A stretch of 50,446 nucleotides of DNA, taken from contig CAYSZS010000005.1 in NCBI GenBank assembly GCA_964435575.1, forward strand, positions 1-50,446. Reading direction: 5' to 3'. The position numbers and the translations under genes were made by a program. The DNA comes from an uncultured Gammaproteobacteria bacterium (lineage in GTDB: Bacteria; Patescibacteriota; Microgenomatia; UBA8517). Within the stretch, counting starts at the first letter, position 1. Each line of letters opens with the position of its first letter. This document shows positions 32,795 through 40,724 of this stretch, one piece after another. The notes under the pieces were generated by a model that was given only the letters and a program-made list of their open reading frames with translations, did no database searches and was not told the origin of the DNA.

Positions 32795-33391
32795 ATGGCT
32801 AGATATACTGGACCAAAAGATAGACTGTCAAGACGAGAAGGTTATGACCTTTTTGGAAAGGGATCTAAATTAACTAGAGTAAATATACCCCCGGGCGTTC
32901 ATGGCCCTAAAGGCACGAGAGTGGGTTCTCAATATGGACGCCAGTTGAGAGAAAAACAAAAGGTTAAAAGAATGTACGGAATAATGGAGAGACAGTTCAA
33001 AAGATACGTTACAAAAGCTCTAAAATCCAGAGGAAATACAGGAGAAATGCTCCTTAGCCTTTTGGAAAGAAGACTGGATAACGCAATTTTCAGACTGGGT
33101 TTTGCGCCTACTAGAGCCGCAGCAAGGCAACTTGTTTCTCATAGGCACGTATTCATCGACGGCAAGAGGGTTAACATTCCTTCTTTTGAGATAAAACAAG
33201 GTAATGCAATTTCCCTATCGCCTGCCGCCATAAAAATTCCGTCCATAAAAAAGCAACTCGAGGAAGATCATAAGCTTCCCTCATGGCTTAAAAGGAAAGC
33301 GGCTGTAGGCAAAGTTACCGGTCTACCTAAAAGAGAAGATATTATGGAACCTATTTCGGAACAAGATATAGTAGAGTTTTACTCTCGTTGA
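32795..33391 (+). CDS. rpsD: 30S ribosomal protein S4
   Basis: MARYTGPK, YGRQLREKQK, RLDNAIFRLGFA, S4 domain QLVSHRHV. Confidence 0.94.
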   Translation: MARYTGPKDRLSRREGYDLFGKGSKLTRVNIPPGVHGPKGTRVGSQYGRQLREKQKVKRMYGIMERQFKRYVTKALKSRGNTGEMLLSLLERRLDNAIFRLGFAPTRAAARQLVSHRHVFIDGKRVNIPSFEIKQGNAISLSPAAIKIPSIKKQLEEDHKLPSWLKRKAAVGKVTGLPKREDIMEPISEQDIVEFYSR

Positions 33392-33591
33392 GAGAAAAAC
33401 AAATTCGAAATTCTAATATCGAAATCCTAAACATTAAATAAAATGGCAATTTTTTTAAAGTTCAAACAAGTAGGTAGTAAGTAATAGTTTGGTAATTGGG
33501 ATTTAAATTTTTGAATTTGTTTAGAATTTAGAATTTAGGATTTAGTGCTTAGGATTTCTCAAGCAAGGCTTGAATGAGGGAGGTGATTTAA

Positions 33592-34503
33592 ATGATTAAT
33601 GAACCAATTTTTGAAGTGAAAGAAGAAAAAAAAGAGGGTAATTATGCCAGATTTGTCATTTCGCCCTTGGAACAGGGATACGGCCATACCCTTGGGAATT
33701 CATTGAGAAGAGTTCTTTTAACTTCGTTACCCGGGGCAGTAATAGTAAGCGTAAAAATTCAGGGAGTTAAACACCAGTTCACGACCCTTAAGGGTGTGAA
33801 AGAGGATGTTGTTGAGTTTTTACTAAACCTTAAGAAAGTTCGCTTTAAGACAACTAGTGAAAAGCCGACTAAAGCCTCTATTTCTGTAAGCGGGCCTGGC
33901 GATGTTAAAGCATCTGACATAAAAACCGATGCGGAAATTACGGTAGCAAACCCAGATCTTTTCTTGGCGTCTCTAAGCAAAGGAACGAAATTAGAAGCTA
34001 AATTGGAAATTGAGGTAGGAACAGGGTATTTGCCGAGTGAGGAAAGGATAACAGAGGAGATTGGTTTAATTCCACTCGATGCGTCGTTTTCGCCTATTGT
34101 TAGGGTAAATTACAGGATCGAAGAAACTCGTGTGGGTAGACTTACAAATTACGATAAACTTATTTTAGAAGTCTGGTCTGACGGAACTATTGATCCGAAA
34201 GAGGCACTACTGACCTCTGCGAAAATATTGGTCGGCTACTTTAATCAACTCGTTTCACCAAAGAAAATTGAGAAGAAGGAAGAGTCGAAGAAAGATGAGT
34301 TGGGTGCTATCGGAAAACTTTCTGTTGAGGAGATAGGTCTTCCAACAAGAGTTGCAAACGCTTTGGTTAAAGCCGGTTACGAATCTGTCGAGGATTTGGT
34401 TAACGCGAAACGAGACGAGCTGGTCAAAGTTAGAAACCTTGGTGAAAAGTCGGTGAAGATTATTGAAGCGGCTCTTGGAGAAAAAGGGCTATTACTTAAA
34501 TAG
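33592..34503 (+). CDS. rpoA: DNA-directed RNA polymerase subunit alpha
   Basis: PLEQGYGHTLGNSLRRVLLTSLPG. C-terminal domain LSVEEIGLPTRVANALVKAGYESVEDL. Confidence 0.94.
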   Translation: MINEPIFEVKEEKKEGNYARFVISPLEQGYGHTLGNSLRRVLLTSLPGAVIVSVKIQGVKHQFTTLKGVKEDVVEFLLNLKKVRFKTTSEKPTKASISVSGPGDVKASDIKTDAEITVANPDLFLASLSKGTKLEAKLEIEVGTGYLPSEERITEEIGLIPLDASFSPIVRVNYRIEETRVGRLTNYDKLILEVWSDGTIDPKEALLTSAKILVGYFNQLVSPKKIEKKEESKKDELGAIGKLSVEEIGLPTRVANALVKAGYESVEDLVNAKRDELVKVRNLGEKSVKIIEAALGEKGLLLK

Positions 34504-34510
34504 CAAAAAC

Positions 34511-34993
34511 ATGAAGAAGAAAGTATTTGGACGCAAACTCTCGAGAGACAGGGGTTCTAGGGAAGCGCTTTTTAGATCGTTAATAAAAGCGCTTATTTTA
34601 CATGGTTCAATTAATACTACAAAAGCAAAAGCAAAGGCTATTCAATCCGACGTTGATAAACTTGTTACCTTAGCAAAAAAGGGCGATATGAGTGCAAGAA
34701 GGAGGGTGTATGCGATTTTGGCTAATGATAAAGCGAGTATCAAGAAACTCTTTGGAGAGATTTCGGAAGCTTTTATTAATAAAATTGGCGGTTTTACCAG
34801 AATAATTAATTTACCAAGAAGGCGTGGGGATTTGGCAGAAGTTGCTAGATTGGAATGGAGTAGGAAAATAGTGATAAGTGACAAGCAAAAAGTGACAAGT
34901 AAGAAAGGAAAAATAGATGAAAAAAGAAGTTTAAAAGAAAATGTTCAGAGTAGAGAAAAATCTAAAATTAAAAGAGAGAAAACTGTAATTTAG
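34511..34993 (+). CDS. rplQ: 50S ribosomal protein L17 (Lys-rich C-terminal tail)
   Basis: GRKLSRDRGSREALFRSLIKALILHGSINTTKAKAK. ATG 34511 preferred over the track start, which overlaps rpoA. Confidence 0.9.
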   Translation: MKKKVFGRKLSRDRGSREALFRSLIKALILHGSINTTKAKAKAIQSDVDKLVTLAKKGDMSARRRVYAILANDKASIKKLFGEISEAFINKIGGFTRIINLPRRRGDLAEVARLEWSRKIVISDKQKVTSKKGKIDEKRSLKENVQSREKSKIKREKTVI

Positions 34994-35040
34994 AAGCCCA
35001 AATAACTTATTACTTATTTCTTATTACCTATCGCTTGATT

Positions 35041-35463
35041 ATGAAGACTTATCAACCAAAAGCCAAAGATGTTAAGCGAGGATGGCATCTTGTTGATGCT
35101 AAAGATGCTGTTTTAGGAAGATTGTCAACACAAGTTGCCATTTTTTTAATGGGAAAGCATAAGCCGACCTATTCAAATCACATGGATATGGGAGATTATG
35201 TTGTTGTGATAAACGCTTCTCGGATTGAACTTACTGGGAAGAAACCCAAGCAAAAAGTTTATAGGAGTCATTCAGGTTACCCCGGAGGTTTTAAGGAGGT
35301 AAAGTTTGAAAAAATGATTAAAGAGCAACCGGAAAAAGTTATAGAGCACGCCGTTTCCGGAATGCTGCCCGATAATAGGCTAAAATCAGACCGAATTAGG
35401 AGACTGAAGATATTTGCAGGTGGAGAACATCCATACGTTGAAAAAATCAAAGATCAAAAATGA
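35041..35463 (+). CDS. rplM: 50S ribosomal protein L13
   Basis: MKTYQPKAKDVKRGWHLVDA, LGRLSTQVA, YRSHSGYPGG. Confidence 0.93.
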   Translation: MKTYQPKAKDVKRGWHLVDAKDAVLGRLSTQVAIFLMGKHKPTYSNHMDMGDYVVVINASRIELTGKKPKQKVYRSHSGYPGGFKEVKFEKMIKEQPEKVIEHAVSGMLPDNRLKSDRIRRLKIFAGGEHPYVEKIKDQK

Positions 35464-35523
35464 AAGATCAAGTTTGCAAACTAAAGATTCAAAATATTTA
35501 ATTTTTGATTTAATAAGTAAATT

Positions 35524-35934
35524 ATGCCGAAGAACAATAAACCAAATTATACATACGCCGTAGGGAAACGCAGGTCTGCTATTGCCAGAGTGCGTATTTT
35601 CAAAGGTAAAGGAGAAAATACGGTTAACAGTAAGCCAATAGAGGATTATTTCCCCGGAGCCGTTAATAAAGAAATCTGGTCGAAGCCTTTTAAGGCAGTA
35701 GAGGGAAGTGATAAATATTTCGTAAGCGTCAAGGTGACGGGTGGTGGACTAAAAGGACAATTAGATGCAGCTACCCACGCGGTTGCCAAAGCACTGGCTA
35801 AGGAGAATAGGGAGGCTTTTCGGACTCCGCTTAAAAAACTGGGTCTTTTGACCCGTGACTCCCGTATCCGTGAACGCCGAAAAGTCGGCATGGGCGGGAA
35901 AGCAAGGAGGAAAAAACAGTCGCCTAAGCGATGA
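35524..35934 (+). CDS. rpsI: 30S ribosomal protein S9
   Basis: GKRRSAIARV, GGGLKGQLDA, TRDSRIRERRKVG. Confidence 0.94.
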   Translation: MPKNNKPNYTYAVGKRRSAIARVRIFKGKGENTVNSKPIEDYFPGAVNKEIWSKPFKAVEGSDKYFVSVKVTGGGLKGQLDAATHAVAKALAKENREAFRTPLKKLGLLTRDSRIRERRKVGMGGKARRKKQSPKR

Positions 35935-36105
35935 TTTTTCCGACGAAGTCCCTCACCAATCGCAGCACGAAGCGTGTTCGAATAGAACCCAAAAGCGAAG
36001 TGCTAAGATGGTGTGGGGACAAGGCGCAAGTAACAATCTCCAAAGAGATAGTTTACTGAAGTCGACTTCACTGGATTTTGCAAAAATTCCTACTAGAATT
36101 GTTGT

Positions 36106-36804
36106 ATGGCAATTGAAAATGAAATGCACCCAATCCAAGTAAACATACTTTTGGTTTTGCTTTTTAGAACCAAAGCACGCTTTTCTGAGTTAAATACCTT
36201 AAAAGTACCAAGTGACCAGTTTAACTTTCATCTGAAAAAGCTAGTAGAAGCTGCTTTAATAGAAAAAAGTGGTAATTTATACCGTTTAATGCCAAAAGGA
36301 AAAGAGTTTGCCAATAGATTTGATACTCAAAATTTAGTACCAGAACGTCAAGCAAAAGTAGCAGTGTTGATTTGTTGTGTAAAAAAGGAAAAAACTGTAA
36401 ATAAATACCTGGTTCAAAAACGGTTAAAACAACCCTATTATGGCTATTACGGATTTTTTGGAGGAAAAATTAGATGGGGTGAAACGGTTTTCGAAACCGC
36501 TAATCGAGAACTTAAAGAGGAAACCGGATTAAGTGGAAAATTAAAGCTTGTAGGCATTAAGCACAAGATGGATTACTCAAAAGATTTGAAGCTGCTTGAG
36601 GACAAGTTCTTTTTCACTTTCAAGGTAACTAACTTAACGGGAAAATTAATTGAAAAGTTTGAGGGCGGGGAAAATGTCTGGTTAACCGAAGAAGAAATTT
36701 ATAATCTTCCTAATTTATTTGATGGAGTTAACACAACTTTGGAGATGGTAAAAGGAGTAGGTCTAAGTTTTATTGAAAGAAAGTACAAGGTTAAAAGATA
36801 TTAA
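36106..36804 (+). CDS. Winged-HTH plus Nudix hydrolase domain protein
   Basis: N-terminal wHTH-like segment (ILLVLLFRTKARFSELN...FHLKKLVEAALIEK). Nudix box GGKIRWGETVFETANRELKEETGL. Confidence 0.8.
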   Translation: MAIENEMHPIQVNILLVLLFRTKARFSELNTLKVPSDQFNFHLKKLVEAALIEKSGNLYRLMPKGKEFANRFDTQNLVPERQAKVAVLICCVKKEKTVNKYLVQKRLKQPYYGYYGFFGGKIRWGETVFETANRELKEETGLSGKLKLVGIKHKMDYSKDLKLLEDKFFFTFKVTNLTGKLIEKFEGGENVWLTEEEIYNLPNLFDGVNTTLEMVKGVGLSFIERKYKVKRY

Positions 36805-36821
36805 TATCACCTTTTATATAT

Positions 36822-36847
36822 GTTACAGTGTACTGTTACACTGTAAC
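36822..36847. terminator. Perfect hairpin between convergent genes (bidirectional terminator candidate)
   Basis: GTTACAGTGTA-CTGT-TACACTGTAAC (11 bp), between the Nudix stop (36804) and the sigma stop (36854). Confidence 0.5.
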
Positions 36848-36853
36848 ACCACT

Positions 36854-37423
36854 TCATGGTTGAATTTTACTTTTCTTTGTGTATTCCGGTATAACTTCAG
36901 GATGTTCGACCGAAATTATTTCATCGAGCGTTTTTCGCGCCCTATAAAGCTTACCTTCGACAGCCCGTTCAGAAAGTCTAAGTTGTTTAGAAATCTCCCG
37001 TATAGTCATTTCTTTCCAATATCGAAGGAAAAGTAATTGCTTTTTGTCTTCGGGAAGCAATTTTATACAGGCCCTGACAGAGGCTCTTAATTCATCAAGT
37101 GCCAGTCTTTCGGTTGGTGAAAGCTCGGTGAAACTTGCCCCGGCTATTTCTTCCAAAAGCGGCGCAATGAATACGGATTCTTTGTGGATTTCTTCACGAT
37201 AATAATCTGCGATTTTATTTAAAGCAATTCTACAAACCCAAGTAAAGAAACTACTTTTATGTTCAAACGCATTCCACCCCTCCCAGGCGGCAGAAACAGT
37301 TCTTGCGAAAACTTCTTCAGCCATATCTTGGTTTCCCCCAACCCTTTTAACAATAAATTTCATCAGAGGAAGTGCAAAACTTCGATATAGGATGACGAAT
37401 GATTTATGTGGGGTTTTAGGCAT
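36854..37423 (-). CDS. Sigma-70 family (ECF-type) RNA polymerase sigma factor
   Basis: Region 2 FTWVCRIALNKIADYYR. Region 4 HTH MTIREISKQLRLSERAVEGKLYRARKTL. Confidence 0.85.
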   Translation of the reverse strand: MPKTPHKSFVILYRSFALPLMKFIVKRVGGNQDMAEEVFARTVSAAWEGWNAFEHKSSFFTWVCRIALNKIADYYREEIHKESVFIAPLLEEIAGASFTELSPTERLALDELRASVRACIKLLPEDKKQLLFLRYWKEMTIREISKQLRLSERAVEGKLYRARKTLDEIISVEHPEVIPEYTKKSKIQP

Positions 37424-37479
37424 GGGAGTGACTAACAGTATATCACCCCCGCAAAGTATTTTGAAGGTAAGGCAGGATT

Positions 37480-37749
37480 ATGTCCTTGAAAAGTATTAAC
37501 GGATTTTTCGAGTACCCTGATGTCCCCGAATTGGGTATTAGAGGAAGTAACAAGCACAATTGGGTTCCTGCAGATTTTATAAATGTAAAACTGAATGGAT
37601 TAATAGAGGCGGGTGTATGTGGTTATCAAAGTTTGCGGAATACCGTTGAAAGGATTACGACTCAGGTACGAGAATTTAGATCTGGATATGTTAACTTAGA
37701 AGGTCAATCAAAGGGGGACGTTTACCAAAGTTCGGTGCCTGGCGATTGA
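37480..37749 (+). CDS. Hypothetical small protein (89 aa)
   Basis: ORF with upstream AAGG...GG purine tract. No recognisable motif. Confidence 0.4.
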   Translation: MSLKSINGFFEYPDVPELGIRGSNKHNWVPADFINVKLNGLIEAGVCGYQSLRNTVERITTQVREFRSGYVNLEGQSKGDVYQSSVPGD

Positions 37750-37796
37750 TGCTTCAATTACCCCTGAAGTAAAATATAGTAGAATTTAACCTTAAG

Positions 37797-38801
37797 ATGG
37801 CTTCTAGTTATAAAAAAATATACAAAGCAACGGCAGTGTCTCCCGCGAACATAGCTTTTATTAAATTTTGGGGGAAGAAAAATCCTAAACGAAATATTCC
37901 CTTTAATGACTCAATTTCAATGAATTTGAGTAACTGCATTACAACAACTACTGTTGAATTTAATCCGCGTTTCAGAAGCGACAGAGTTATTCTCGACGGT
38001 AGAGAACTAAAAGACGAGAAAAAATTTAGGGTGTTAAAAATGATTGATCTCGTAAGAGAAAAATCAAATATACCATGGGGGGTAAAAGTAGAATCGAAAA
38101 ATAATTTTCCTTCAGATGCAGGAATTGCATCGTCTGCATCCGGGTTTTCAGCTTTAGCACTATCAGCAAGTGTTGCTGCGGGATTAAATCTATCTCTCAA
38201 GGAACTTTCCATCCTCGCTCGCTTTGGCTCTGGTTCAGCATCACGCTCTGTAATAGATGGTTTTGCCCAATGGAACAAAGGAAAGAATAGCAATTCCTCT
38301 TACGCGATTCAAATCGCACCCCCAGAACATTGGGACGTCAGAGATATTGTAGTAGTTGTTGAAGCCGAGAAGAAAAAGAAAAGTTCTACTGAAGGACATA
38401 CGGTTGCTCCAAAAAATCCATTTTTTACAGTCCGACAAAAACTTCTCTCTAAAAGAATTCGAAATATAAAAAATGCACTTCTTAAAAAAAACTTTAAAAA
38501 ATTTGGAGAACTTTTGGAGGAGGAGGCAATTGAACTTCATATAATTGCAATGACTTCTAAACCACCTATCTTTTATTGGAATAAAGGAACTATTGAGGTA
38601 ATAAATAAAGTAAGGGAAATTAGAGAAAAGGGAATTTTAGCGTATTTTACTATGGATGCAGGCCCTAATGTTCATGTAATTTGTATTGCAAAGGATGCAA
38701 AAATATTAAATAGGAAATTGAGAAGAATTCCAGAAATTTTATTTACTATTATTAATAAACCCTCAGTCGGGACTCACTTGTTAAAGAAGCACCTTTTCTA
38801 A
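37797..38801 (+). CDS. Mevalonate (di)phosphate decarboxylase family, GHMP kinase fold
   Basis: NIAFIKFWGKK, GIASSASGFSALA, RFGSGSASRS, YFTMDAGPNV. Confidence 0.85.
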   Translation: MASSYKKIYKATAVSPANIAFIKFWGKKNPKRNIPFNDSISMNLSNCITTTTVEFNPRFRSDRVILDGRELKDEKKFRVLKMIDLVREKSNIPWGVKVESKNNFPSDAGIASSASGFSALALSASVAAGLNLSLKELSILARFGSGSASRSVIDGFAQWNKGKNSNSSYAIQIAPPEHWDVRDIVVVVEAEKKKKSSTEGHTVAPKNPFFTVRQKLLSKRIRNIKNALLKKNFKKFGELLEEEAIELHIIAMTSKPPIFYWNKGTIEVINKVREIREKGILAYFTMDAGPNVHVICIAKDAKILNRKLRRIPEILFTIINKPSVGTHLLKKHLF

Positions 38802-38802
38802 T

Positions 38803-39594
38803 ATGAAGGAACTTATTTTGATTAAATTAGGAGGAAGTCTGATAACCGATAAGTCGAAACCTTATTCAGCAAGGAATTCTGTTATCAATAGATTAGCAAA
38901 AGAAGTAAAAAGCGCATTAAAGACTAAAAAGGCGAGAATTATAATTGCCAACGGAAGCGGATCTTTTGGCCATAGTGCTGCTTCAATATATAAAACTCAG
39001 GAAGGAATAATAAATAAAAACAGTTTAAAAGGTTTTTCGGTTGTTGCCGATGCAGCAATACAAATAAATAGAATTGTAATAAACGAGTTTCTAAAGTTTG
39101 GTTTACCGGTAGTTTCATTTTCTCCATTGAGTTTTATAATTGCTTCAGAGAAAAATCCTAGGAAATTATTCATCGAACCGTTAATAAACGCGCTAAATTT
39201 GGGTTTGATTCCTGTTATTTATGGCGATGTGGTTATTGACTATAAGAGAGGTTTTTGTATTCTCTCGGGAGAAAAAACTTTAACTATTTTAGCCAAAAAA
39301 TTAAAAAGCGATTATACCAAAATAAGAATAATTTATTGTGGAGACACCGACGGGGTGCTAGATAAGTACGGTAAAACAATTCCGTTAATAAATGATTCAG
39401 TATTTAATAAAATTAGAAAAGATATAAAAGGTTCGAAAGCAATCGATGTAACAGGAGGCATGCTTCACAAAGTTCAAGAGAGTTTAATTTCTGCAAAAAT
39501 CGGAACAAAGATTTTGATAATAAACGGCATGAGGATTAATGAGCTGGAAAAAGCAATTTTAGAAAAAGGTTATAAAGGGACTCTGGTTAAATAA
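38803..39594 (+). CDS. Isopentenyl phosphate kinase (amino-acid-kinase fold)
   Basis: ILIKLGGSLITDK, ANGSGSFGHS, DVTGGM. Confidence 0.8.
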   Translation: MKELILIKLGGSLITDKSKPYSARNSVINRLAKEVKSALKTKKARIIIANGSGSFGHSAASIYKTQEGIINKNSLKGFSVVADAAIQINRIVINEFLKFGLPVVSFSPLSFIIASEKNPRKLFIEPLINALNLGLIPVIYGDVVIDYKRGFCILSGEKTLTILAKKLKSDYTKIRIIYCGDTDGVLDKYGKTIPLINDSVFNKIRKDIKGSKAIDVTGGMLHKVQESLISAKIGTKILIINGMRINELEKAILEKGYKGTLVK

Positions 39595-40112
39595 TGAAAG
39601 GAAAAATTAATAAACCAGAAGTAGTATTGGTCGATAAAAACGATAACGTTGTCGGATATAAAGAGAAATTTGCCGCTCATAAAAACCCCGTTCCTTTACA
39701 TCGAGCTATTTCTGTTGTGATTTTTTCACCAGACAGGAAAAGCATGCTTCTTCAAAAAAGATCTACCAAAAAGCCGACTTGGCATCTCTTCTGGTCAAAT
39801 ACGGTTTGTAGCCATCCTTTTAAAGACGAAAGCTATGCCGATGCAGCCACTCGCAGATTGAAAGAAGAAATGGGTTTTTCGACTCCATTAAAAGAAATCT
39901 TCAAGTTTATGTATAAAGCTGAAATGGACGAAATTTGGGGAGAACATGAATTCGATACTGTCTTTGAAGGAGTATATGACGGACCTGTATATCCCAATCC
40001 TGACGAAGTAGTGGATCATAAGTGGATGACAATTGATAAACTGAAGAAAGATATGAAAGAAAATTCCAAAATCTATACTCCTTGGTTTAAAATAATTCTG
40101 AAAAGGTATTAG
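39594..40112 (+). CDS. idi: Isopentenyl-diphosphate delta-isomerase, type 1 (Nudix fold)
   Basis: LHRAISVVIF, LLQKRSTKKPTWHLFWSNTVCSHP, RRLKEEMG, EHEFD, YTPWFK. Confidence 0.85.
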   Translation: MKGKINKPEVVLVDKNDNVVGYKEKFAAHKNPVPLHRAISVVIFSPDRKSMLLQKRSTKKPTWHLFWSNTVCSHPFKDESYADAATRRLKEEMGFSTPLKEIFKFMYKAEMDEIWGEHEFDTVFEGVYDGPVYPNPDEVVDHKWMTIDKLKKDMKENSKIYTPWFKIILKRY

Positions 40113-40126
40113 AATGAATCAGGCTT

Positions 40127-40690
40127 ATGGTAAAAATTATTATAGATCCTGTTAAGCTGGGGAATTTGGAGGTTGGTTGGTGGAGAGCTCACCACGAGGG
40201 CGATAAAGGCAAGTTGTTGGAACTTCTGGTAGAATACAACGTAAATTTTTATGGTTTTTCTCAAGATGAAGCCAAAGATGCAATTGGCGATTTGATTCAA
40301 GGAGTTAAATATCACGACACAAGAGAATGGGCTAAGGCAATAGATTCGGTTTCAAAATTCTACTTACGAGTAAAAGAAAAAACTGAACTAAGTTTTGATC
40401 CAGAAGAAATTGCAGGTTTAGAGGTTGGTTGGTGGAAGTTGCATGACGATCTGGAAAATAATCCTGATAAATCTAAACTTGGGGAAGCTTTTGCAAAGCT
40501 CTATGCCGTCCAGTTCGGGGTGGAGGAAGAAAAGTTGACTAAAGCGGGCAGGCTTAAGGCAGAAGCAACGAGGCAACACGATATAGCTGAGGAACCCTCA
40601 ACGCCTACAAGAGAAATTGAGAAGCACTGGAAAAAAGCGAATCAGCTCTTAGTTAATTTTCATTCAGAACTGAAAAGGGTCTTATCTTAA
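40127..40690 (+). CDS. Hypothetical protein with two LEVGWW helical repeats, paralogous to the UppS C-terminal extension
   Basis: LEVGWWRAHHE (aa 14-24) and LEVGWWKLHDD (aa 98-108). Each repeat ends in W..A......F(Y/H)..LK. Confidence 0.7.
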   Translation: MVKIIIDPVKLGNLEVGWWRAHHEGDKGKLLELLVEYNVNFYGFSQDEAKDAIGDLIQGVKYHDTREWAKAIDSVSKFYLRVKEKTELSFDPEEIAGLEVGWWKLHDDLENNPDKSKLGEAFAKLYAVQFGVEEEKLTKAGRLKAEATRQHDIAEEPSTPTREIEKHWKKANQLLVNFHSELKRVLS

Positions 40691-40724
40691 GTTTAATTTT
40701 GGGGTTTATGTTATAATTTCCGCT

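Noticed and set aside
35855-36142. 95-aa ORF spanning the rpsI end and the spacer to the Nudix gene, and a possible small RNA in 35935-36105
   Set aside because: The ORF overlaps rpsI out of frame and has no RBS or motif. The spacer has GAAGC-type repeats and a palindrome but no promoter-plus-terminator pair that I could support.
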